Shown here piece after piece: positions 10,258 through 18,784 of a stretch of 64,000 nt of DNA (the stretch's first letter is position 1; every line of letters begins with the position of its first letter). A program made the translations under genes and the position numbers. This DNA comes from Alphaproteobacteria bacterium. GTDB lineage: Bacteria > Pseudomonadota > Alphaproteobacteria > Bin95. Below the pieces are notes generated by a model, which was given only the letters and a program-made list of their open reading frames with translations, made no database searches and was not told the origin of the DNA. The stretch spans positions 800,001 through 864,000 of the forward strand of contig CAXXWS020000003.1 of assembly GCA_963665325.3 (NCBI GenBank), read 5' to 3'.

Positions 10258-10493
10258 AGGACAGCAGTTCGAAAGAGATAGACGTTTTGGTCCGTGAGAA
10301 GGTTCGTTCGGGATGGACCTTCCGTCGCGGCAGAAAACACGGTCGGATATATGCTCCGGGCAGCAAGCACTTTGTTACGGTGCCGATTTCTCCGAGCGAC
10401 CGGCGAAGCCGCAATAACTTCGAACGGGACTTGCGACGGATGAGCAGCGGAGAGCGGGTTCCCGAACGGTCTTCTTCGGAGGATCGAGCGTGA
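10254..10493 (+). CDS. HicA-like putative RNase toxin
   Basis: 79 aa, basic; GWTFRRGRKHGRI..VTVPISPSD.R..N...DLRR; ATGA overlap with the upstream stop codon. Confidence 0.65.
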   Translation: MKDSSSKEIDVLVREKVRSGWTFRRGRKHGRIYAPGSKHFVTVPISPSDRRSRNNFERDLRRMSSGERVPERSSSEDRA

Positions 10494-10774
10494 CCCGGGC
10501 ATGACGATCACGGAGGAGGCAGGCGCAGCGGCGATCCTGGCCAACGCCGCGACTTCCGATCCGAAATGCCGGTGTACACTACTCCACTGCGAGACGAGGC
10601 GCCCGCCAATGCCGTCGCGCCCACCGCTTCATGCAGGACAGCGGTCGCGCCGGCCGCGTGCAGAGGACTCTCCGCACCCCCCTGCTGCGCTGCCCGCTTG
10701 GCGACCGCCGTTCCCGACCTCCCGGCCGCCTTGGCTTCCGAGCGGGAACGCCGCCGCTATTGCGCAGCGGTCGG

Positions 10775-10965
10775 GATGGGGCCACCCGCGCTGCGCTTGG
10801 AACAAGTATTCGCTTGCCACTTGGAAGCTGCGCGCGCGCGGAACGTTGCGATACTCGGTGTGGCAGCCGGTCGGCCGGTCGATGCGGTCGCCACTTGGAG
10901 CGAAGCCGGGCCTGTCGCCGGCGGCACGGGCCTGACCATCCGCCGGCCCGCCGACCGCGGGCGCG
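10775..10965 (+). pseudogene. frameshifted remnant of a SLOG-family gene (paralogue of 12764-13300)
   Basis: Two frames give GHPRCAWNKYSLATWKLRAR and RNVAILGVAAGRPVDAVATWSEAGPVAGGTGLTIR, versus LHPAWDRCSPAVRKLHARNAAVVTGGNLDRPVHAVVAWSAEGRAEGGTGMAIR. Confidence 0.7.
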
Positions 10966-11041
10966 GCGCCGCCATGCCGGGGAGCACGTGCCGCCGGCCC
11001 ACCGCCGGCGGATACCGTCACACCCGAGGGAACCATCCGCC

Positions 11042-11311
11042 ATGACCGTGCAGACCCTGCCCGACGAACCCAATTTCTGTGTGGTGCCGGCCTACGACGT
11101 CGAGGCCGACGTTCAGCAGATCCACTTCGTCATCGACGGCATGGCGGGCCATGTGCCCACGGCATTGGAGGCCCTGACGATGGACGATGCCCTGAACATC
11201 TGCGGCAAGCTGAACCGCAGCCTTGGCTATGAACGCGAGGCTTGGACCGCCATGGCGGCGGCCTCCATGCGCGCCGAGGACGACGATCCCGACAGCGACG
11301 CTTGGCATTGA
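11042..11311 (+). CDS. hypothetical 89-aa protein, copy 2
   Basis: Paralogue of 6502-6771. Confidence 0.8.
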   Translation: MTVQTLPDEPNFCVVPAYDVEADVQQIHFVIDGMAGHVPTALEALTMDDALNICGKLNRSLGYEREAWTAMAAASMRAEDDDPDSDAWH

Positions 11312-11432
11312 GGGCCGTTCATTGCTCCGCAGCCGGCCCGCCGTCCGCCCGCGGCTTGTCGGCTGTCTACACAATTGCTATATCCAGAAGCCAAGGCAAC
11401 GCCCCCGCCAAACCCGGAAGAGGGAGACCGCC

Positions 11433-11690
11433 ATGCCCCAGGTGAACCTGCGCACGTCCAGCGAGCGCCTGGCCGTGATCGACCGCGCGGCGGCGATCCG
11501 GGGCGTCAGCCGAACCGAGTTCGTGCTGCGCTCCAGCGAGGCGGCGGCGATCGAGATCCTGAACGAGCGCCCCGTCATCGCCCTCGACGACGAGGCCTGG
11601 GACGACTTCGCCGCCGCGCTCGACGCGCCCGTGGAGATCGACCCCGCCGTGAAGGCGCGCTACGCGCGCCGGCCCCAGTGGGACCGCTAG
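11433..11690 (+). CDS. DUF1778 RHH antitoxin (TacA/AtaR type)
   Basis: VNLRTS...IDRAAAIRGVSRTEFVL..AA...IALDDEAWDDFAAALDAP. Confidence 0.9.
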   Translation: MPQVNLRTSSERLAVIDRAAAIRGVSRTEFVLRSSEAAAIEILNERPVIALDDEAWDDFAAALDAPVEIDPAVKARYARRPQWDR

Positions 11691-12181
11691 GCCCGCCCGA
11701 GCCGCTCGCGTCCCGCCACGACATCTCACAGTTCTCCTCGGGCGTCCCCACCCTCGATGCATGGCTCCGGGGCAAGGCGCGGCTGAACGAGGCCAGGGGC
11801 GGCGCGCGCACCTATGTCGCCTGCGACGGCGACCGCGTCGCCGGGTTCTACAGCCTCGCCGCCAGCGCCGTGGAACGGCGCCGGGTGTCGTCCCGGATCG
11901 GCCGCAACATGCCGGACCCGGTTCCGGTCATCCTTCTCGGCCAACTCGCTGTGGACGAGGCCTGGCGCGGCCGGCGCCTCGGCTCGGACCTCCTGATCGA
12001 CGCGGCCAGGCGTTCCCTGGCAGCCGCCGGCACGGTCGGCGCCCGCGCCGTCGTCGTGCAGGCCATCGACGAACGCGCGCGCGCCTTCTACGAACGGTTC
12101 GGCTTCCGCCCGTTCTCGGAGCGCGAGCCGCTCATGCTGGTCCTGCGCATGTCCGAGATCGCCGGCCTGCTGGACGCGTGA
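11678..12181 (+). CDS. GNAT acetyltransferase toxin (TacT/AtaT type)
   Basis: GTG start overlapping the antitoxin; HDISQFSSGVPTLDAWL, GFYSL, LGQLAVD..RGRRLG, FYERFGF. Confidence 0.9.
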   Translation: MGPLGPPEPLASRHDISQFSSGVPTLDAWLRGKARLNEARGGARTYVACDGDRVAGFYSLAASAVERRRVSSRIGRNMPDPVPVILLGQLAVDEAWRGRRLGSDLLIDAARRSLAAAGTVGARAVVVQAIDERARAFYERFGFRPFSEREPLMLVLRMSEIAGLLDA

Positions 12182-12211
12182 GCTGCGCAGCCGGCCCGCC
12201 GTCCGCCGGCA

Positions 12212-12625
12212 TCAGCCGCGCCGGGCCAGCCACCACCAGGCGCCCCATACCGGCAGGCTGAGCACGATCGCACAGACAGCGATCGCGAGCGGTCCCAGCA
12301 GTCCCGCGACCACCGACGCCGCGACCGTGACCGCGCCCGACCCGATGCCCGCCAACCACGCGCCGCGCCGGTAGCCCAGCCGCCAGAGGCGCCGGCAGCC
12401 CAGCCGCCAGAGGCGCCGGCAGCCCAGCGCGAGCGGCAGACCGCAGGGAACGACCGGGATCAGCCATCCGGCTGCCATCGGCAGCGACGGCCACATGTGC
12501 GGGTCTCCGGTCACGACCGTTCCCGGACCGAACCGCAGCGCCGCCTGCGCGAGCACCCCGGCCGGCAGCCACAGCAATGCCAGCGGCCAGAACCCGTGCC
12601 GCGCGATCCATCCCCGCCCGTTCAT
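12212..12625 (-). CDS. small membrane protein with an internal 24-bp tandem duplication
   Basis: Several hydrophobic segments; CRRLWRLG twice (12373-12420). Confidence 0.65.
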   Translation of the reverse strand: MNGRGWIARHGFWPLALLWLPAGVLAQAALRFGPGTVVTGDPHMWPSLPMAAGWLIPVVPCGLPLALGCRRLWRLGCRRLWRLGYRRGAWLAGIGSGAVTVAASVVAGLLGPLAIAVCAIVLSLPVWGAWWWLARRG

Positions 12626-12763
12626 GCCATAGCGATGCACCCGCCGCGGCGGCAATGCAAGCACCCCGGAACCACCGCAGCCGAAGAGGAAGAGGAGAGC
12701 GGACCGGGAGCGAAGCCGCTGTCGGAGAGGGAGCGGCGGCAATCGCAACCGGGGAGATCGGAC

Positions 12764-13300
12764 ATGGCGACATTGACCTATGCAGGGATCGGGGCGCGGG
12801 CGACACCAGAGGTCGTGCTGTCCGATATGACCGTAATGGCAGGGTGGCTGGCGCGGACCGGCTGGCATCTTGCGAGCGGCGGCGCAGCCGGAGCCGACAG
12901 CGCATTCGCCGCGGGAGCGCCGGCCGGACAGCGGACGGTCTGGCTGCCGTGGCGGGGCTACAACGGGCGTCGCGGGCCGGACTGCCGGGTGCTGTCTGCG
13001 GTGGCGATGGTGGCATCCATGGAGGTCGCTGCCGGCCTGCATCCCGCGTGGGACCGGTGTTCGCCCGCCGTCCGCAAGCTGCATGCCAGGAACGCGGCCG
13101 TGGTTACGGGTGGAAATCTCGACCGCCCCGTCCATGCAGTCGTAGCGTGGTCGGCCGAAGGACGCGCTGAGGGCGGAACCGGCATGGCCATCCGCATCGC
13201 CGAGGCCCGCGGCATCCCGGTATTCAATCTGGGGTCGATGTCGCCACGGGCCGTGTGCGAACGGCTGCTGGAAATTCGTCGTTCCGTCACCGGTTCGTAG
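12764..13300 (+). CDS. SLOG-superfamily (DprA/Smf-like nucleotide-binding) protein
   Basis: YAGIGARATP, SGGAAGADSAF, HARN, GGTGMAIRIA, IPVFNL. Confidence 0.85.
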   Translation: MATLTYAGIGARATPEVVLSDMTVMAGWLARTGWHLASGGAAGADSAFAAGAPAGQRTVWLPWRGYNGRRGPDCRVLSAVAMVASMEVAAGLHPAWDRCSPAVRKLHARNAAVVTGGNLDRPVHAVVAWSAEGRAEGGTGMAIRIAEARGIPVFNLGSMSPRAVCERLLEIRRSVTGS

Positions 13301-13422
13301 AGCAGGAGAAGAGCGCCTGTCGGGCGAGTGTCCGGCAGGCCGGAGGAGAGGGTCCTCCGCGCCCACCCCGGATCGGTGTCCGGGGCAGGTCGCCGGGCAG
13401 GCAACGGCAGAGGAGTTCCCCC

Positions 13423-13671
13423 ATGTTTCTTTCCGCCCATTCTCTCGAACCCGGCAGCAGCGACCTGCTCGCCGAACTCGGCATCGACCCGCTGACCGTC
13501 CGCGAGGTCATCGACGACGACCGTGCGATGCGCTGTCCGGACCACGCTGCGGTGTTTCCCGCATACGGCTTCACGAGCCTCTCCCCGGAACCGCAGCTGG
13601 ACTACGGCCTGCACGAGCCGGCGCCGGCGGATCCCTGGGACCCGGCGTCGTCGCTGCCTCTGGCGGACTAG
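13423..13671 (+). CDS. hypothetical acidic protein
   Basis: AGGAG RBS, 82 aa, in line with the neighbouring backbone genes. Confidence 0.55.
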   Translation: MFLSAHSLEPGSSDLLAELGIDPLTVREVIDDDRAMRCPDHAAVFPAYGFTSLSPEPQLDYGLHEPAPADPWDPASSLPLAD

Positions 13672-13780
13672 AGGTGGAGGAGGGCTTGGAGAGATTGAAC
13701 GGTCGGGGGTTCGGGGGAGTGAACCCGGCCCCGGTCGTTCGCAACCCATCGTCAACACTTGGACCCATGAGGAGATCGTC

Positions 13781-14239
13781 ATGGCCTTCGGATTGAACAA
13801 GGTGCAGATCATCGGCCGCCTCGGCGCCGACGTCACCGTCAACCACCTCACCTCGGGCGGCCGCGTCGCCAATCTGAGCATTGCGACCGACGAGTCGTAT
13901 ATCGATCGCAATTCCGGGAACAAAATCGACAAGACCGAGTGGCACCGGGTCGTCACCTTCCAGGACGGACTGATCGACATGCTGGTGAAGCATGCGAAGA
14001 AGAGCCGCCTGGTCTATGTCGACGGCAAGCTCCAGACCCGGCGCTGGTCGAAGCCCGGCGAGGACGGCGACCGCTTCTCGACCGAGATCCTGCTCGTGCC
14101 CGGCGGCCGGGTGCAATTCCTGGACAAGCCGAAGGACGACGCACCGGCGCAGGCCGCCGATCCCGCGATGTCGGGCGACGGCGGCGGCATGCCGGCCGGC
14201 GGCGCGCCCGCGGACCTGGACGACGACATCCCGTTCTAA
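13781..14239 (+). CDS. ssb: single-stranded DNA-binding protein
   Basis: LNKVQIIGRLGAD, TEWHRVV, VYVDGKLQTR, C-terminal DDDIPF. Confidence 0.95.
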   Translation: MAFGLNKVQIIGRLGADVTVNHLTSGGRVANLSIATDESYIDRNSGNKIDKTEWHRVVTFQDGLIDMLVKHAKKSRLVYVDGKLQTRRWSKPGEDGDRFSTEILLVPGGRVQFLDKPKDDAPAQAADPAMSGDGGGMPAGGAPADLDDDIPF

Positions 14240-14260
14240 GCGGCCCATTGCCGAAACTGT

Positions 14261-14300
14261 AAAGCCCGTGGGGTCAACACCCTGCGGGCTTTCGTTTCTT
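14261..14300 (+). terminator. rho-independent terminator
   Basis: AAAGCCCGTGGGGT-CAAC-ACCCTGCGGGCTTT followed by a T-rich tail. Confidence 0.75.
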
Positions 14301-14548
14301 ACACTCTCCCACTCCGTAACGTTTCCCCTCCCGACATCGTTCCGGCGGGCCCCTCCCTCCCGCCGACCCTGGCCGGTTCCGCGTTCCTCCCGCGCGGGAC
14401 CGGCCATTTTTTATGCAGCCGGTCCAGAGCCGTCCCCGGCCGGACGGCACGGCTCGCGCTTCGCGCATCGCCCGCCGTCCCGGCGCCGGCCGGAGGCGGA
14501 GGCCGGCCGGTATCGGGCGTCCCGCATGGAATGGAAGGAAGGCCCCGC

Positions 14549-15640
14549 ATGCAGCACGAACCGTCTCCCGCCGCCGCCATCGCCGCGGCGCTCGCCGCGC
14601 GCGCCGAGGACGTCTGCCGGCGCTATCTCCCCAACGGACGCAGGCTGGGCCGCTACTGGATCTGCGGCGACCTCGACGGCGCCCGCGGCCGCTCGCTCTT
14701 CGTCCGCCTCTCCGGGTCCGGCAAGTCCGGTGGCTGGACGGACGCAGCAACGGGGCAGCACGGCGACCTGCTCGACCTCATCCGCTACCGCACCAACGCG
14801 CCGACGCTGCGCGCCGCGCTCGACGAGGCGCGGGCGTTCCTCGCCCTGCCGCCTGTGGCGACACCTGCTTCGGACGAGCCGTATGACGCGACCGAGGCGG
14901 CGCGGCGCCTGTGGCGGCGCTGCCGCGCCGTCGCCGGCAGCCATGCCGAGCGCTATCTCCAGGCGCGGGGTCTGTCGCGCTGCCGCTTTGCGGCGCTACG
15001 CTTCCATCCCGAGCTTCGCTACCGCGAAGGCTCCACCGTGCGCCGCTTCCCGGCGCTGGTCGCCGCCGTCACCGCCAGCGACGGCGCGATTACCGGCGTG
15101 CAGCGGACCTGGCTCGATCCGCGCCGGCCCGCCAAGGCGGGCGTCGCGACCCCGCGCAAGGCGCTCGGCCGCATTCACGGCCTCGCGGTGCGCTTCGGCG
15201 CGCCTTCCGGCCTCGCTCCACTCGTCGTCGGCGAGGGCATCGAGACCGTCCTGTCGCTGATCACCGCCGTGCCGGAGATCCGCGCGGCCGCCGCGCTATC
15301 GGCCGGCAGCCTCGGCGCGTTCGCGCCGCCGCCCGGTGTCGCCCGCCTGGTCATCGCCCGCGACAACGACGAGGACGGCGCGCTCGCCGCCGAACGTCTC
15401 GCCCGGCGCTGCGCGCGGGCCGGCGTCGCCGCCACGATCGTCGTCCCCGTCGGCAACGACTTCAACGACGACCTGGTCGACCTCGGCGCACTGGCTCTGC
15501 GCGCCCGGTTGGCGCCGCTGTTCCGCTGCGGGGCCTGCCCCGGATCCCGGATCGCGTCCTGGACAGGCTCCCGATCCGGGGGAGGAGGAGAAGAGCGGAA
15601 GGTCGGGCGAGCCGACCCGAGGAGAGGAGAGAGTCGATGA
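14549..15640 (+). CDS. TOPRIM-domain primase-like protein
   Basis: WTDAATGQHGDLLDLI, YLQARG, VQRTWLD, VVGEGIET, IARDND, NDFNDDL. Confidence 0.9.
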   Translation: MQHEPSPAAAIAAALAARAEDVCRRYLPNGRRLGRYWICGDLDGARGRSLFVRLSGSGKSGGWTDAATGQHGDLLDLIRYRTNAPTLRAALDEARAFLALPPVATPASDEPYDATEAARRLWRRCRAVAGSHAERYLQARGLSRCRFAALRFHPELRYREGSTVRRFPALVAAVTASDGAITGVQRTWLDPRRPAKAGVATPRKALGRIHGLAVRFGAPSGLAPLVVGEGIETVLSLITAVPEIRAAAALSAGSLGAFAPPPGVARLVIARDNDEDGALAAERLARRCARAGVAATIVVPVGNDFNDDLVDLGALALRARLAPLFRCGACPGSRIASWTGSRSGGGGEERKVGRADPRRGESR

Positions 15641-15978
15641 GCGCCGTCATCAATCTCAGGCACGAGCCGAAGCTGCGCGAGGAATTCGAATATGCGCATG
15701 TCGTAAACAACACCGTGCTGATCGACCGCCGCACGAAGTGGGGAAACCCGTTTCGAGTCGGTCGCGGCCAAACTGCCGGGCAGGCGGTCGCGCGCTACCG
15801 CGTCCATCTCTGGGAGCGCATCCGCGCGGGCGAGATTCCCCTGGAGGAGCTTGCCGAACTGGAATCCTGCTGGTTGGCATGTTGGTGCTCGGGGGATGGG
15901 CATCCCTGCCACGGCGAGGTGCTCGAACGCGCGGCAACCTGGGCAGCGCGGGTGCTGGCTGAGCGGGCCGATGCGTGA
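15637..15978 (+). CDS. DUF4326 domain protein
   Basis: IDRRTKWGNPF...LACWC..PCHGEVL. Confidence 0.85.
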   Translation: MSAVINLRHEPKLREEFEYAHVVNNTVLIDRRTKWGNPFRVGRGQTAGQAVARYRVHLWERIRAGEIPLEELAELESCWLACWCSGDGHPCHGEVLERAATWAARVLAERADA

Positions 15979-16148
15979 CGCGCCTCCGTGCCTCCTCCCG
16001 AACGCCGTGCCGGGCCGAACCGCCGATGGGGTCGGTGCAGGGGGAGAGAATTGGCTGCCTGCTGTGCTGGTTCATTGTGCCACACGTGCTCCCTCCGCCA
16101 ACCCCTGCGGGGTCCTCCGCTGCGCTCCGGCGCGGGGAGGTTCCGCTA

Positions 16149-16257
16149 GGCGCCGCGCCGGGGCGACCGTGGCTCAGGCCCAAGCTCCGCCAAGGCTCGT
16201 TCCTCGCCAGGCTCCACTAGGGCCTTGCGCCCGCACCACTCGCCCCGGCGCGGCGCC
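16149..16257. repeat. long inverted repeat (18-bp perfect arms); candidate ssDNA promoter or ssi hairpin
   Basis: GGCGCCGCGCCGGGGCGA 16149-16166 / TCGCCCCGGCGCGGCGCC 16240-16257, with an inner AGGCCC/GGGCCT pair. Confidence 0.7.
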
Positions 16258-16362
16258 AAGCTCCACCAACCCCGCGTGGCTGCGGTCCGCGCGCGTGACC
16301 CAAAAAACCATCACATCGGGGCACACGCTCCGAACCGTGCAACCCAGGATCGGGAGATCGTC

Positions 16363-17286
16363 ATGACCATCATCGAGAACATCGAAACCGCCGAGCAGTC
16401 CGTCACCGCGACCGTCTGCGAGAACGCCGCCCTCTACGGCGCTGCCCCCGAGCGCGACGAGTTCGACACCCGGGACGTCTGGGACGCCGACGACGCGACC
16501 GACGCGGTGCTCGAGTCCTTCCGCATCCTCTGCGAAGGCGTCGGGCCGGACGGGTTCCAGCTCGCCGACGAGCGCGAGAGCCTGCTCTGGGGCTTCGTCA
16601 ACATGTTCGACGCCCAGACCCAGCGCCTCGACCGCGCCGCCGACAAGCTGATGCCCGACCTCCGCGACCTCCAGCGCGAGCAGGACGGCACCGAGATCAA
16701 GTCGCGCGAGCTGGAGCTGACGACCGACCGGGCGCAGAACCTCACCGCCCGGCGCGATGCGTTCGAGCGGATGCGCGACGAAGCCGCCGAGGCATACCGC
16801 AGCGAGACCGGCGGCATGTGGCGGCCCCGGCGCGGATCGCATGCGAGCCAGACCGGCAAGCTGACCTCCGCCGCCATCGACGCCCGCGACTACCAGCGCG
16901 CGAGGAAGGACCGCAAGACCATGGCGCACCTGCCGCAGGGCACCCTCGTCGCCATCGCCGGCGGAAAGGACATCGCCAACCCGGCGGCGGTGATCGAGCG
17001 CCTGGAGAAAGCCCGCGAGAAATACGCAGACATGGTGCTCGTGCATGGCGGCGGACCCGGCGTCGAGAAGATCGCGGCAAGCTGGGCCGAGCGCAACGGC
17101 GTCCACCAGATCGTCTGCAAGCCGGACTGGGACCGCCACGGACGCGCCGCACCGTTCCGCCGCAACGACGAGCTGCTGAACCTCCTGCCGAAGGGCGTCA
17201 TCGCGTTCCCCGGCTCCGGCATCACCGAGAACCTCGTCGACAAGGCCCGGCAGCTCGGTATCCCGGTCCAGCGCATCGCAGCCTGA
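16363..17286 (+). CDS. DUF2493 (YspA/SLOG) domain protein
   Basis: VAIAGG, LVHGGGPG.E.IA..WA, PDW.RHGRAAPFRRND, FPGSGITENLVDKA. Confidence 0.9.
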   Translation: MTIIENIETAEQSVTATVCENAALYGAAPERDEFDTRDVWDADDATDAVLESFRILCEGVGPDGFQLADERESLLWGFVNMFDAQTQRLDRAADKLMPDLRDLQREQDGTEIKSRELELTTDRAQNLTARRDAFERMRDEAAEAYRSETGGMWRPRRGSHASQTGKLTSAAIDARDYQRARKDRKTMAHLPQGTLVAIAGGKDIANPAAVIERLEKAREKYADMVLVHGGGPGVEKIAASWAERNGVHQIVCKPDWDRHGRAAPFRRNDELLNLLPKGVIAFPGSGITENLVDKARQLGIPVQRIAA

Positions 17287-17299
17287 CCGCAACATCTCG

Positions 17300-17340
17300 C
17301 GGGCCGCGTCGTCTTCCGGGCGGCGCGGCCCGTTTCGTTT
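17300..17340 (+). terminator. rho-independent terminator
   Basis: CGGGCCGCGTCG...CGGCGCGGCCCG followed by TTTCGTTT. Confidence 0.7.
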
Positions 17341-18183
17341 CCGACAAACGGTGTTGCGGCGGCACCGTCGTCCTCGCGCGCGCTTCGCGCCGCGCTCGCG
17401 ACCGCCGCGCCACTCGATTGCAGATGCACTTCACCGCGCATCGGTGCCGTCGGCACTGCCGGCGCTCGTGACCGGTGCTCCGGTCACTCGCCGCTGCACC
17501 ATGCTGCACATGAGTGCATCGCCTGCTGCGCCGATCCTGGCGCACCGCCGCTCGCATCGCTCGCGGCATTCGTGCAGGCGCGCCCGCGGAGCCCGCCGTC
17601 ACTGCGCTCGACACTTCGTCCCTTCGCAGTGTCCGCATCGTCCGCCGCTCAATCGCCGCTGCGGCTCCGATCCGCCGGGTCCTCCGGCGTCGATCTTCCC
17701 GATCTCCCGTACAGCATGAATCGTCTGTCTGACCCGCCGGGCGGGCCTTGGGTTTCACACCTGACGCAGTTCCTCTGCGGTCATGGCGGAGGCTGCGAAT
17801 GACTGCGATGGGCTGCGCAGGCCTGCGATTCTGCGCAGCGCTGTCATGCCGGGAAAAGTCCGCCGCTACAGCGCGCCTGGCCTTGCGGTCAGGCCGCGCA
17901 GTGAGAGCGGCGAGAATTCAGGGGCTTGACTGGCCCCCGCTGCAACGCTCCGTTCGCACCGCCGTCAGAGCGCATATCCTCTGTCCGATAGAGGGCGGTT
18001 CAGCGGCGTGCGCTGGCGTGCGCACCGCCATGACGAGGGCACTTCCGCGGCGCTCGGCTTGACATTGCTTTGCGCCGGGTGGAAGCGTTCGTCTCATGCC
18101 AGGATGTCCAGCATTGGCTTGAATTGCCGAGAAGATCGGGACGGTGACCGTGGTCGCGATCGAGCAGGAAAAGGGACAGGAAG
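17341..18183. other. long hairpin-rich non-coding region, candidate oriT
   Basis: About 840 bp with no convincing ORF and many inverted repeats; lies just upstream of an RHH-like gene; nic site not identified. Confidence 0.35.
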
Positions 18184-18519
18184 ATGGAAAAACCGGCTGA
18201 GCAGCTGCTGGAGAAGCGCATCCGCGTATCGGCCAGCCAATGGGATCGCCTGCATGTGGCGGCCCAGACGACCAGCCTCACCGCGAATCAGCTCTTGGTC
18301 GAGCTTGCGATCGAGGCTCTCGACCGGCGGGAATGGCCGCACACCGAGGCTGAGATCCGCATGTACCGTGCCAACCTGTTCACCGCGCAGGTGCTCGCGC
18401 GGGAACTGATCGATACCGGGCGCGAGGAAAAACTCGCGGAAATCCGCCGCCATGTCTCGCAGCTGGCTCCCGAATTGCGGACAAAGACATTCGATTCTAC
18501 GCCGTCCGACGCCCGGTAG
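18184..18519 (+). CDS. small RHH-like DNA-binding protein, possible relaxosome accessory factor
   Basis: KRIRVS (strand) followed by two predicted helices QWDRLHVAA / ANQLLVELAIEAL; AGGAAG upstream. Confidence 0.55.
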   Translation: MEKPAEQLLEKRIRVSASQWDRLHVAAQTTSLTANQLLVELAIEALDRREWPHTEAEIRMYRANLFTAQVLARELIDTGREEKLAEIRRHVSQLAPELRTKTFDSTPSDAR

Positions 18520-18628
18520 CCCACGCGGCAGTGGCCCACATGCCCCGGATGCTACGTACGTACGCGGGCTGCCGGCCCGTCGGGCCTGACAATGCTTCAA
18601 TGAGGCCGGCGCGTGCCCACCAGGTGGC
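18519..18628 (-). CRISPR. degenerate single-spacer mini-array (crRNA-like RNA) upstream of cas3
   Basis: On +, GCTTCAATGAGGCCGG (18594-18609) equals the first 16 nt of the repeat and GCCCCGGATGC (18542-18552) equals repeat positions 26-36; about 40-nt spacer between them. Confidence 0.8.
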
Positions 18629-18784
18629 GATCGCGTTTCTGATCGTACACAGCGTCATCGCTCCTCTCCCGGCCTTCGCAAGTTCCGGGCTATGCTCAAC
18701 CAAATCTTGATCGCGCCGGACAATGAGGGAGTGAAAAGCGACCGGACCATTCACCGGGCAACATGATCTCCAGCGGAGGATAGC

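Larger units (their letters stand above)
11324..12207 (+). repeat. 26-bp direct repeats (1 mismatch) flanking the TA module
   Basis: GCT(C/G)CGCAGCCGGCCCGCCGTCCGCC at 11324-11349 and 12182-12207. Confidence 0.85.

Noticed and set aside
18497-18658. CreT-like toxin or small ORF over the mini-array (AGGAG-ATG on the minus strand)
   Set aside because: RBS spacing is too short, the ORF runs through the repeats, and there is no tandem rare-codon signature
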